A program made the translations under genes and the position numbers. This document shows positions 26,208 to 38,339 of a DNA stretch of 64,000 nucleotides, in pieces; position 1 is the stretch's first letter; each line of letters starts with the position of its first letter. This stretch comes from Eledone cirrhosa. Its lineage: Eukaryota. Under the pieces are notes generated by a model. The model made no database searches. It was not told where the DNA came from and saw only the letters and a list, made by a program, of their open reading frames with translations. The stretch spans positions 367,350,001-367,414,000 of the forward strand of contig OZ024743.1 of NCBI GenBank assembly GCA_964016885.1. The letters run 5' to 3'.

Positions 26208-28780
26208 ATTTCGTTTCTGAATTTGTTTAGCAAGATTCTTTATCTGAAAACGTGTGTTGAAACCGATATTGTTATGCTTTGGGAGGGTCATGTTGCTAAT
26301 AAGAAACACACGCACAAGTTGCTTTCACTCCAATTGATTATAAATTAAATTAATAAATTTAAGAATTTATAAATTTCCGGTTGGTTGGTTGGTTCCACAA
26401 CCAGACGATTGTTCATATATTGTCAAAGTTCTTTCGTCACACATTCTGTGACCTCTTCAGTGACTGGGGATTCTTTTCTTTGTTTTTGTGCCTCTCCTTT
26501 GTTCTGTCCTACACCATCTTGTTTTTGTGTGTGTTGCGTGCTTAGTTTGCACATGTGTTACATCCGGGTATCTGTGTGTGTTTATATTTGTTTATTTATT
26601 TGTTTATTTACATGTTACTGGTTGGTTGTTTGTTCTATGTGTGTGTTTGTTTTCATTTTGTCCTTAATTGTAAGTTGTGATGTTGCTATTCCATTCATGT
26701 TTTCTATTTCATTTTGGTTGGAGTTCATTTATGTTTATTGCCTCTGTGATTTGTCTAAACATTGCGTCTTTTCTGTGTGTAGATTCTATTTTAATTTTTA
26801 TGTTCTCTAATTTGCCCTTATGTTCTATTTTAGCATGTTAGTGGAGTATTGATGATTCTTTTTTATCTTGAAGTTCTCGCCAGTGTTCTCCTATACTACG
26901 AGCTGTCTCACCTATGTACACTATATTCTTATCTTTACATTGTCCTTCAGTACATCTTATGCTATATACTACATTTCTAGTTTTACAGTTAATATGGGGG
27001 CTTAGTTTACAGATTATGAATTTCTTATCTATACAAGGAGGTCTTTGAAAAGGGTATGTATTGCTAATAAGTGTTTTTATGGAGGTACCTGGTCTTTCTA
27101 CTATCTTAATATTAAGTTTATGTTTATCTAGGGCCCTTCTAAATTTGTAAGCTAATTCACCTCTAGGGGTTGTATTGATGAACATTACACTCTGGTATTT
27201 ATTGCTATCAAACCATGAGTTTATTCTATTAACCTTATTCCTAGTTCTTTCTATTCTATTCCAAAATTTTCTCCTATACAAGGGGCAGGTCCCATTTGTA
27301 TCATTATTTACCATTTTTTCCCATTTGGTTCTGGCTCCTCTATATACTCTGATTTTATCTCTCTGATTGTAACCAGAGAACTGCATACGGTGGATGAAGT
27401 GTTGTATGTGTCTCTTTAGTTCTTTGGGGTTGCACATGCGGGACACGTTTCTCATCACCCGTACCAAATCCGCAATCAGTATGTTGATTTTGGTGTGATC
27501 CGAAACAGCTGAGTTTCGGTGGATCAGATATTTGGAAGTCATGGGTTTGGCATAATGGGAATGGAGGATTTGTTTTTTTGTTATTAATGGTTTCTAACCA
27601 GAGCTCTGTGTCTAGTACAGGTAATCGATGGTTGGAGTGTTTGCTTGGGTAGTCTATAGTAACTCTAATACTCTGGTGGATGGGGTTAGCTATTTGCTGA
27701 ATGCTTTCCGTGGTGTTTTTCTCTAATTCCTGACTGTTCTCTAGTGGGGTTGTTTTTACTACGATGTTTATATCATCAACGTAGCGGGAGTACATTATGA
27801 GGGTTAAGAGGTTGCTGTCTTCTAATTGTTATTTAAGTTTAACTTTAAGTTTATTGTCCCACCTTACCATGAATAGGTTAGCTATGTCGCCTGCAATGCT
27901 AACACCAATGGCTGCTCCCTCCTCTTGGGCATATGTTTTTCCATTAAATTTGAACATATGTTCCTTAAGGGTTAGTTTTATACTGGCCCCACCACATGTG
28001 CAATCATTTTCTTTAGTTCATCGTGATTTTCGGGGGTCCGTATGGCTCTGGTCCACTCGTTCCATCTTTCTGTGTGGGTTTTCTTGGCCATTGAGGTAAT
28101 GGTAGGTGGTCTGCCTCTCACTGGTCTTGTAGGGCACAGGTTGCTAAGGTCATATGTATCTAGATAATCATTACTATAAGTAGGAGTCCCAGCTCACTGG
28201 TATCAATCCCACGGAATTCAACATTGCTCTCACTGATCATTTCTACGCATTTCTCCACAGCAAAATCCACGTCAATGGATGGATATAGGGACACAACATC
28301 CATACTACTTATTATACAGTTTGTTAAGTCCCTAGATCGGTTACTTTCGCTGATTCTGCTGAGGAGGTCCTCCATGCTGTCACATATATCTGGGGACATT
28401 TAAATGATGAGGCGTATGATCAGGGAGAGGAAGTAGGAAAGTCTGTAGTTACTAGCAATGTTAGCTCCACAGACTGGCCGTGTTGGTGGTCATGTGATAG
28501 GGTCACTGCTCGTTTTATGGTCTTTTCGAAGCCCATACAACGCTGGCACGTCATTGTTCCAGGCCTGGAAGTTGTTGGCAGTCCTTTTATTGGGCTGCAT
28601 TATGTTTGTCCACATCATCATATGGGCATTGAGGGTTTTCTCCCTATCCTCATGCTCTTGTGTTACTTCTCTTGTGTTAGTGATGTGGGGTTGCATTGCC
28701 TGGATGTAGTTTGACAGACTGTCAACCGACATTCTGCCAGACTTGTCTGTTGGAAAGCATGCAATCTCTCCAGACATAAA
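26208..28780 (-). mobile_element. Penelope-like element 2 (Neptune-like RT, GIY-YIG and 3' terminal repeat region)
   Basis: MSGEIACFPTDKSGR, PALYGLRKDHK, SMDVVSLYPSI, YSRYVDDI, LPVLDTELW, SGYNQRDK, then CKTRNVVYSIRC..YIGETARS. 26208-26800 is homologous to 38950-39480. Confidence 0.9.
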
Positions 28781-29407
28781 CAACGATAACAACAACACTC
28801 ACATCAACAATAATAACATACTCAGAAACAACAACAACTGACACACAGACACAAACAACAACACACATAACAATAATAACATACAGGGAGACAACAACAA
28901 CAACACACATCAACAACAGCACACATCATCAACAACAACAACAACACACACACATTCTATGCCTCTCACCACCACCACCACAATCTTAACAAACACACAG
29001 ACTCACAAAATAGAGTAGATAATAACAATGAGCCAGAAGAAAGAGACAGGAGTAATAATGAGAGACATAGAAACAACCATGAGGCTGTTAGTGGAAATAG
29101 AAATAGAAACAACACAACTAACAATAACAATAGCAATAGTACACATAAAGCAGCAACCTGGAACTCTACTTTTTATAATCCTTCCGATATGTCCTTCGAC
29201 CTACGACGAGTCCACGTCACGACTTTAGCTTTTAACAAACGCATGCAATTGCCATCGCACGTTGATGAACAAACAGAAACACAATTTAGTATAGCTAGAT
29301 CTAAACTTAGAAATATTATAGAACAGTATAGCAAGAAGCAAAATAGAATGGAGGGTCAGCAACTGGGAGAACATTCTGCAAATGGCTTTCGTAAGCTCAT
29401 GCAGCGC
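28781..29407 (+). mobile_element. Inverted 5' segment of PLE2 ORF
   Basis: Plus-strand FDLRRVHVTTLAFNKRMQLP...GFRKLMQR is the type of sequence that precedes xSGEIxxxPTDKSG in PLE ORFs. It is preceded by an (AAC)-rich low-complexity segment. Confidence 0.65.
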
Positions 29408-29538
29408 TCACTGGTACTTTATTTTATCAACGCCGTAAGAATGAAAGGCAAAGTTTACATCGGCGGGATTTGATCTGAGACCATAAAGGGCCGTAACTCT
29501 TAGCTGCAAAGCATGGCGTCAGACCTACCGATACTGCC

Positions 29539-29545
<7 letters not shown>
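29408..29545 (-). mobile_element. tRNA-derived SINE, family A (3'-truncated)
   Basis: CTGGTACTTTATTTTATC..GAAAGGCAAAGTT..GGCGGGATTTGA..ACTGCCAATCC. Confidence 0.8.
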
Positions 29546-29593
<48 letters not shown>

Positions 29594-29612
29594 CACACAC
29601 ATATATATATAT

Positions 29613-29613
<1 letters not shown>

Positions 29614-29648
<35 letters not shown>

Positions 29649-30909
29649 GTTTAACGTCCATCTTCCACGCTTGCATGGGTTTGGACGGGAGTTTTCCCAC
29701 TTGAGGCAAGATTTGATGGCCTGCTCGTTTTCTGGCGGGTTTTCTACGGCTGGATGCCCTTCCTAACACCAACCACGTTTACATTGTGGACTGGGAGGTT
29801 TTTACCGTGTTACCTACACGGCCACATTACAGCGTGGACTGTGTGTTTTTTTTGTTGTGACACCTACACAACCTCATTTGTTTCGGACTTGATGTTATGG
29901 TACCAACATAACTTCACATTTAAGGGTGTGGTGTGGATGGGGTGGGGGTAGTGGGACGGGGGGGGATGTATTTTGTTAGAGGTGCCTATTGACTGTAGGT
30001 TTCGCTTTGTACTTAGGCAAGGTGGGTCTTCTGTATGACTGTGTAGCGCCAAAGATCTCAATCCAATGACATTGTCTTGGAGAGGTGTAAGTGTGTGAGG
30101 TCGGAATTTATCAAGTTGTCCCAGGTTTTTCTGGGTCTGCCTACTCCGTGGCTACCGTCTATTTTGATCGCCCTGCAATTTTTTATACAGATGTCGTCTT
30201 TCATGCGCATCACGTAACCGTACCAACGTAGTCTTCTCTCGAGTAAACAACATCTGATCCCTCTTATTCCGAATTTCTCACTTAGTTCGTTTATGCTTTG
30301 CCGTTCACGTATATTACTATTACACATCCAGCGGAGCATGCAAGCTTCGTTTCTCTACAGTCTGCGTATATCCTCTGCACACAATGCCCAGGTCTCACTG
30401 CCATGTAACATTGCTGTTCGTATGCAGGCATCATACAGCCTGCCTTTTATTTTTAGTAAGAACCCTTTAGCGGCCAATAGTGGTATAAGCTCTCTGAACT
30501 TTTTCCATCCTGTCCTGACTCTAGCTACTGTACTTTCAGAGCACCCTCCCCCACTGCTGATTTTGTCACCCAGGTAACGCAAAGTGTCCACTATTTCTAT
30601 AGAACCATCTGTGCAATGGAATGAGCTAGTATTCTGTAGGCACTTGCTGCTACTTATTGCACCAGAGCACCGGCCACATATAAAATCTATATTCTTAGTT
30701 AGCTTACCTGTGATCCCACTACATCTTTTATGCACCCATACTTTGCATTTGGGATATAAAATGGAGTTTCTGCCTTCTCCTTTCCTACACACTGAGCATA
30801 CCCATTTCCCAGATGGGACCGGTGCCCTATTTTCCTTCCTATAAACTAGAACTTTAGTCTTATACAAGTTAACTTTAAGGCCTTTTGATTCTAGGCCATG
30901 CTTCCATGT
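29614..30909 (-). mobile_element. RTE-type LINE 3' fragment
   Basis: ORFs 30355-30867 and 30058-30339 (PHD-like finger, YLG, RRLRWYG), with a (CAT)n tail next to (TA)n. Confidence 0.9.
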
Positions 30910-31455
30910 TTATATATACACATACATACACAATACACACACATACATACATATACACATAAATATATATACACATATACACACAATGTGAATATATCCA
31001 CAAAAAAAATCATATAAGTGTATATATATATATATACACACACACATATATATAATTTCATTTACATGTATATATAATTTCCCACCACAAAGGGATCTGT
31101 GATAGACAGGCTGAAGTCCCCCCCATGTGTGTATTTTTATGTATACACTCACACTCTCTAAAACCATATTCCAAAAATAGAATTCCTTTTACAACCCTAC
31201 GTTTGCCAATCCCATAGAATCTGTCTCTAGCTTACAATTCCCTTCTTCGCCACCCCCATAAGATGAATTTTACTAATACATCAAAACCAGTTATACTTAA
31301 TATACTTTATATACATTATAAAACTCTTTTTTTAAAAGAATTGTCCCTTTCATTTTTTCAATAATGTCATTTTGATGAATCAAAGAAATGAAAAAAAACA
31401 AAAAACACACCCCTAAATATATTTTCTGTTCTATTTCCAATTTCACCTTTTCTCT

Positions 31456-31563
<108 letters not shown>

Positions 31564-31697
31564 GTGTGTGTATGTGTACATATCTGATGTGTAAGCATGC
31601 ATATGTATGTATGTGTGTTGTGTATATATACTTATACTTATATATATATATATATATTTATATACATATATGTATATATGTGGGTATTTGTATGTCT

Positions 31698-32032
31698 CAT
31701 GGCTTAGTGGTTAGAGCATTGACCTTGCAATCGAAAGGCTGTGAGTTCAATTCTCAGACCGGGTGATGTGTTGTTTCCTTGAGCAAGACACTTTCTTTCA
31801 CATTGCTCCAGTTTACTCAGCTGTAAAAATGAGATGATAGGGACTGGGGTCCATATCATTCCACTGCAAAGTGGACGTGGAGGCACCACGGCAAAAAAGC
31901 ACCCAGCACTCACTGTAAATGAGGTTGGTGTTAGGAAGGGCATCCAGCTGTAGAAATCAAGCCAGAATCAGTTCCCGTCCCACCCTTGCAAGCAGGGAAA
32001 AGCGGACGTAAAAATGATGATGATGATGATGA
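31698..32032 (+). mobile_element. Composite SINE, family B (tRNA head, CTTGAGCAAGACACTT body, RTE 3' tail)
   Basis: TGGCTTAGTGG A-box, GAGTTCAATTCT B-box, then RTE 3'UTR and tail identical to 22283-22331. Confidence 0.85.
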
Positions 32033-32136
32033 TATATATGTATATCTATGTAAAAAGTAAACAGAAATAACAACACAATTGGTACAGTACATGGAAGGAA
32101 TATATTAGGTTAATGCTTGAAATAGCAGGAAGAGGG

Positions 32137-32172
32137 TCTTAACGTTTTGGACACTAGTCCTTCATCAGAAGA
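32137..32172 (-). ncRNA. Decayed minimal hammerhead ribozyme
   Basis: UCUU-CUGAUGA-A-GGAC-UAGU-GUCC-AAAA-CG-UU-AAGA. The GAAA core is mutated to AAAA. Confidence 0.55.
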
Positions 32173-32486
32173 AACAATGAGAAATTAGATAGATTGAAGG
32201 GATGGGCGGGCGGAATTGGAAAAAATGTTTTTAAACAAAAATAACAGGTGCATTCATGTTGACATCTCTTGGAAAACTGTTGATGCTGGCGTTTTGTGTA
32301 TGATATATTTTTTTAGAAAAGTGGATGATGGAGCGCGCATATGTGTATATGTGTGTACGTGTGTATATGTCTATATATGTAATTGTTTTTATATTTATGT
32401 ATGTATGTGTGTGTATATAATTGTATGTATGTGCTTATATATGCATATGTGTTTTCATATGCTTATGTGTGTTTATATATATATAT

Positions 32487-32830
32487 ATCATCATCATCAT
32501 CATCATTCATTTTACGTCCGCTTTTCCCTGCTTGCAAGGGTGGGACGGGAACTGATGCTGGCTTGATTTCTACAGCTGGATGCCCTTCCTAACACCAACC
32601 TCATTTACAGTGAGTGCTGGGTGCTTTTTTGTCGTGGCACCTCCACGACCACTTTGCAGTGGAATGATAGGGACCCCAGTCCCTACCATCTCATTTCTAC
32701 AGCTGAGTAAACTGGAGCAATGTGAAATAAAGTGTCTTGCTCAAGGAAACAACACATCACCTGGTCTGAGAATTGAACTCACAACCTTTCGATTGCAAGA
32801 CCAATGCTCTAACCACTAAGCCATGTGCCT

Positions 32831-32832
<2 letters not shown>
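32487..32832 (-). mobile_element. Composite SINE, family B, inverted relative to 31698-32032
   Basis: Near-identical reverse complement; spurious ORFs 31704-31943 and 32580-32819 translate almost identically. Confidence 0.85.
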
Positions 32833-32901
<69 letters not shown>

Positions 32902-33338
32902 TGTATATATATGTGTGTTTCTATAATTGTATGTATATATATGTGTGCATGTGATTGTCTGGCCAATTACTGTATCTTACGTTTTGTCTCCTTATTTGTA
33001 TTTCTTATTTTTGACTTTTTATCAAATATATATATATGTATGTATGTGTATGTACTTATATATACATGTACACACACATTTCAATATACATACACGTACA
33101 CACACATAAAAATACATGCACTCATCTATACGTACACCCAATTACATTCTTACATAAGTAAATAAGAGCATCAAGCACTTATGTAAGAATGTATTTTTAT
33201 GTGTGTGTATGTGAATGTATATTTAAATGTGTGTGTACATGTATATATATTTTTTTCCGTTATAAGATGATATTTTATCTCAGCCTCACTTTCATTTTTG
33301 ATAGATATTAATTTCAAATCTTATATCCAAAATATAAC

Positions 33339-33408
33339 TATTTCATCTGATGAACTGGACATTTCTGTAAGGATTGTGTAGTTTCCTGAAACCTTTGGTA
33401 ATGGAATA
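33339..33408 (+). ncRNA. Type I hammerhead ribozyme, inverted paralog of 24582-24654
   Basis: UAUUUCAU-CUGAUGA-[stem II region]-GAAACCUUUGGUA-AUGGAAUA, with the same stem I, core and stem III. Stem II has diverged. Confidence 0.65.
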
Positions 33409-33529
33409 ATTCTATTGTGTTGTTTATTATATAATTAAATGTATATATATATATCATCATCCTCATTGTTTAACGTCCATCTTCCACGCTAGCATGGGTT
33501 AGACGGTTTTGTTCCATTTGATGCGGGAA

Positions 33530-33760
33530 CTTACATGCCATCATCTCCTGCAATTCCCACTCCTATATAGATGATACCACCCTTCATTTCTTCTTAATCT
33601 TTTGCATCCAAGCATCATATACATGCAACCTAGACACATCATGTCAAATCTGTACTGACTCCATAAACAGAGATCTTGAAAACATTCTCCAATAGCATCA
33701 TGCTATTCTTGCCTCCGTCAGTACAAAGACTAAATCTCTACTTTTTCTATTGATACTACT
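33530..33760 (+). mobile_element. Decayed CR1/Jockey-like RT fragment
   Basis: HSYIDDTTLH...INRDLENILQ*...STKTKSL. Confidence 0.5.
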
Positions 33761-34183
33761 GTGGTTTCTGCTCCTCTGTGCAGGCTGGTTTGTACCATCT
33801 CCACTCAAGCACTCCTGACATACTCCTTTCTCCTCCCTCACCACCCACACTATCTCCATACCCCCCACTAACTATTTGCTCATTCTTTCTTTCCCATTGA
33901 AATACCCACCTGGCACATCTTTTTCCTGCAGCTGTCAACCTGCAACTGTTAAAGGTATTAACTTAGTCAAGTTCAACAGTCTCTAAGACCCTACAAAAGT
34001 CATGGGGGAGAGTCCTTCCCTTCATATCATTTGCCCTCACTCCCCAAAAAAGAAACTCATAAAATTAAGATGAGGATATTTTTCTCGCAAAAGACATAGT
34101 ATCGTTTAAGGCAAGCATCGAAAAAAAGTATGTAAATAAGATAATAACAATGATGGTGATGATAAATGTTAGAAGTTACCTAC

Positions 34184-34320
34184 CCAACAGCATCTTCAAC
34201 TGCTTGACCAATGTTGTTACCACCTTGTATGGGCGAGCCAAACGCGGTAAACCATTGAACTGGTTTATACTGGTCACCACTGGATGCGAGTAGGTAAAAG
34301 AGTGTTGTCAAAAATATGGC
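34184..34320 (-). CDS. TMEM245: TMEM245-like internal exon (phase 0 to 2)
   Basis: ccag|GCC ATA... translates [45 protein letters not shown] GG|gtaggt, matching TMEM245 [23 protein letters not shown]...IGQSVEEAI. Confidence 0.94.
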
Positions 34321-34497
34321 CTGGATAACAGAAAAAATTGTAAAGACATCATGTCAAAGATTCATAAAAATTCATTGTTATTATTTAGAATGTATAGATA
34401 CTATATTTTCAAGACTGCTCCAGCATGGACAGAGACTAATGAATGAAACCAGTGAAAGAATAAAAAAAACACAAACAATTATTTGTTGTTTAATGAG

Positions 34498-34712
34498 TGT
34501 GGTGGATTGACAGAAATAGTAGTGTTAAAGAAAACACTTAGTAGTATTTAGTTACATCCCATTACATTCCGAGTTTGAATCCCACTGATATCAACTTTGC
34601 TTTCCAGCCTTCTAGGGCCAATAAAATAAGGAGCTGTTAGGTACTGGGGTCGATATAATTGATAACACCCTTTCCCATAAGTGATGCCTTTGGTTGGTCC
34701 TGTATTAGAAGC
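34498..34712 (+). mobile_element. Old SINE family A copy
   Basis: GGTGGATTGACAGAA, GAGTTTGAATCCC, CTTTGCTTTCCAGCCT..ATAAAATAAG. Confidence 0.6.
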
Positions 34713-35294
34713 TTGATGAAAACACACTGATCAATCTGGTTGTTGTTATTTAGCCCCTAGTCAACTCAGGAATAACAGGTGTAGCCAGCAGTTATTCTCA
34801 TTGTGTAAGTCCAGTATTTGTTCACTGAAAAGCACAAGTTTATTTTTGGCTATTCACTCATGTTCCAATGAGGAGCTTTATTTCACAGATCTTGTAAGTG
34901 GGAATCATGGAATATATCCCAGTCAGACGAGATACTAATTACATGCCCTTGTTTAGATCTTTTCTATATTTCATTACTGGAGATACAATCTCACTATTCA
35001 ACATCTAGACTTATCTCCTTATAATATATAACCAGCAATTTCTCTGTCTGTCTGTCCGGCAGTGGAAACACGTGCGCGCATGGTTGCTATCTCTCTCTCT
35101 CTCTCCAGCTATCCCTCTCTTTTAGTCTGTCTGTTTCTCTCACTCTCACTCTTTCTCTTTGTAACACACTAGCATTCCTCCCCTCTATCGCTGTGACGAA
35201 TGGGGAGATGGAGGAGGAGGAGAGAGTTACTTCGTCACTTCACCTCTGCCTTTCTTTCTCTCCCCTCTCACTCCCTCATTATGTACAGACATTA

Positions 35295-35488
35295 GGGCGG
35301 TGGATTGGCAGAATCTGTAGAGAGTCGGACACCATGCTTCATAGCATGGAGTTACGTCCCTTTACGGTCTGAGTTCAAATATCGCCGAGGTTAACTTTGC
35401 CTTTCATCCTCACGGGGTCGATAAAATAAAGTACCAGTAATGTACTGGGTAATTGCTGGCCTTGTGCCAAAAGTAGAAACAATTATTA
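35295..35488 (+). mobile_element. tRNA-derived SINE, family A (full length)
   Basis: A and B boxes, central CTTTGCCTTTCATCCT..GGGGTCGATAAAATAAAGTACC (resembles the MetaSINE central domain from memory), and tail AGAAACAATTATTA. Confidence 0.85.
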
Positions 35489-35605
35489 GAAACATTGCTT
35501 CATTTTTACATATCTAAGCATTAGTAAAATAACTAATAATTTCAAAAGTAATTTTTCAATTCCAATTGTTATGAACAGCAAAACATTAATAATAATTTTG
35601 TTCTA

Positions 35606-35803
35606 AGAAATATATATACATTTCTGTGTGTGTAATATATATATATACACACAGAAATATATATACATTTCTGTGTGTGTAATATATATATATATACACA
35701 CACACAGAAATATATATACACACAGAAATATATATACATTTCTGTGTGTGTAATATATATATATATACACACACAGAAATATATATACATTTCTGTGTGT
35801 GTA

Positions 35804-35838
<35 letters not shown>

Positions 35839-35864
35839 GAAATATATATACATTTCTGTGTGTG

Positions 35865-35914
<50 letters not shown>

Positions 35915-35925
35915 TCAGAAATATA
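35606..35925. repeat. Minisatellite of ~40-55 bp units with variable (TA)n
   Basis: Repeated AGAAATATATATACATTTCTGTGTGTGTAA(TA)nCACAC, about 6 copies. Confidence 0.85.
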
Positions 35926-36470
35926 TGGGCATTTCTCTGTTTGTCTGTCTGTCTGTCTGTCTGTCCTTCCCTAAAACTCAAATGTAGGTGCTACAGAAAT
36001 ATTACCTTCCCCTTCCTTTCTCCACTTTGGTACTACCAAGAGAAGCACTGTCGCTATAGAAACATTACCTTCCCCTCTCCACTGACTTTGGTCACTGAGG
36101 CCGAGGGAATCGCTGGTTGCTATAGAGACACCTTGCACAAGCCAGAAGTAACCAGTTCGAGGCGGTTCTGACTTGACACCATGCCAAGGACCATTTGAAG
36201 ATATATTTCCATCATTATATCATAACGTTTATGTATCATAACGTTTATATTTCCGTCACTAATCTCTTTTTCTCCTTTTTCGTTTTAACATATATTTATT
36301 TCAAAGATTTCACCGTATAGATAACATATATATTTATACATGCATAAAAGACACACCGAGAGACGGTGAACATGTGGTGCCGAAAACATTTCTCATCCAA
36401 ATCTCAACAATATCAGTATATACACTAGATTTGCTAGCAGAAAACCGCCCACCGGGTGGTTTTCTGTTAG

Positions 36471-37385
36471 TCTATATATATAAAACTGAGGATGTCTGTG
36501 TGTGTGTGTTTGTGTGTGAGTTTGAATCCCTAAAACTCGAGAAGCACACAACCGACTGTTTTTAAACTTTACACATGTAATACTTATGTTTCAGGGAGTG
36601 TTCTGAGCAAAAAAAAATTTCAAATTTTCAATGCCCTAGGGACCGCATTAGGAGATTTAGGGATCTCTTTCTATAATTCTTAGTTCTTCTCTTTTTAGAT
36701 AGATACATACATATAACATCGTGCCCTTATAATATCTCTCTGTATGTCTGGCTGTCTATATTACGTCACTTCCCTCAGGATGTCTGTCTGTGTGTGTCTG
36801 TGAGTTTGAATCCCTAAAACTCGAGAAATACACAACCGACTTTTCTCAAACTTTACATGCGTATTACTTATGCTTCAGTGAGTGTTATGCACATAAAAAA
36901 ATTCAACTTTTTGATCCCCTAGGTGAAAAACTGCGTTTTTTCAGGTTTTTAGGGTTTTTTTGAGACGTTACGTCAGACTGATTTCCTTGAAATTGTAACT
37001 ATGTATTAGTCAGTCTCTTCTTCATACCGTGAGCAGAGAAAATCCAACTTTTTTATGGCCTAGGGCCGCATTAGGTGAAGAACTTCATTTTTTCAGCTTT
37101 TTATGGCTTTTTTGAGGCGTTACGTCTAGCCGATTTTCCCAAAATTTCAAGGTATATTATGCACATAAAAAAATTCATTTTCTTGATCCCCTAGGGCCAG
37201 CATTAGGTGAAAACCTGCATTTTTCCTGCTTCATCGAGGAAAATCTTAAAGATTATCCAGCCATCAGAGTGTTCAGTTTATTTTCTTTACATATTGTCCA
37301 GGCATGCAGTTTTCCACGATTAGGTCTGTTGGCGATCCGCGTTCCAAAATACCTTATCCCGTGCAACGCCGAGTACCAGTGTTAG
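36471..37385 (+). mobile_element. Non-autonomous Helitron-like element
   Basis: 5' TCTATATATATAAAA..GTCTGTGTG.., internal direct repeats (36490-36640 vs 36778-36920, CCCTAGGG..CATTAGGTGA units), and 3' CCCGTGCAACGCCGAGTACCAGTGTTAG (hairpin followed by CTAG-like end). Confidence 0.7.
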
Positions 37386-37506
37386 TACATATTATAATGC
37401 AGAAGCTCTATTTTAAATACACTCGTCTAACCCATGCAAGCATATTTTAAATACACTCGTCTAACCCATGCAAGCTTAGAAAAACGATATACACCGTAGT
37501 TATCCA

Positions 37507-37541
<35 letters not shown>

Positions 37542-38117
37542 TACGCATACTCTTACTATTCCCTTCTTCATAAAGACTTGTTATATTGTTATATTACAGT
37601 GTGGGATTAAGAAGGGCATCCAGCTGTAAAATACCCAGCCAAATTTACAGTCCTCACCGGAGCAAGGTGCGACACATGGTCAGACTTGCCTCTTGGCATG
37701 GACGACCCATCTAACCCATGCAAGCATGTAAAATTGACGTTAAACGGAAATGATGATGATGATGATACAGAAATTACAGTAGTAATCAGTTGCGTGCTAG
37801 TTGAATTTGTATAACATGAAATCAACGCCTGTGTCAACATACAATTGTTTTTGACTGAACATATGAATTGCTATTCATAGTTTTTTGCGGTGATCAACTG
37901 GAGGTACTATGAGTGGTAATTCTTGGAGTATTTATATAGAAATTAATAAAGTACAAGAATACACCAAATTCCAGAATTTAAGGATCAATATTTACTATAT
38001 GTTTCATTAATATGTAAGTGGTTACAGCTAGAATTGGTAATCCGATATAGGTTTGAGAACAATTTGATTTCAAATATGCTGCATCACCAGTCTTACATAT
38101 CAACTTGTCTCTCTCTC

Positions 38118-38193
<76 letters not shown>

Positions 38194-38339
38194 AAAAGAG
38201 TCAGACCCTGACGGCAGAGCTCAAGCCGTTTCGACAGCTATTTCTGGCTATTTCAGTCCAAAGTATCGAGTACTCTGGTGCATTATGGTCCACCTGGTTC
38301 CTTACCACACTTACGTTGTTATATATATATATATATAGT

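Noticed and set aside
26235-26275. Possible HHR in the PLE2 terminal motif (CTGAAAA..GAAAC)
   Set aside because: The core deviates from CUGANGA, there is no convincing stem I, and the paralog at ~38975 reads CAGAAAA.
31698-31770. tRNA gene
   Set aside because: A and B boxes are present, but it continues into a SINE body and lacks a full cloverleaf.
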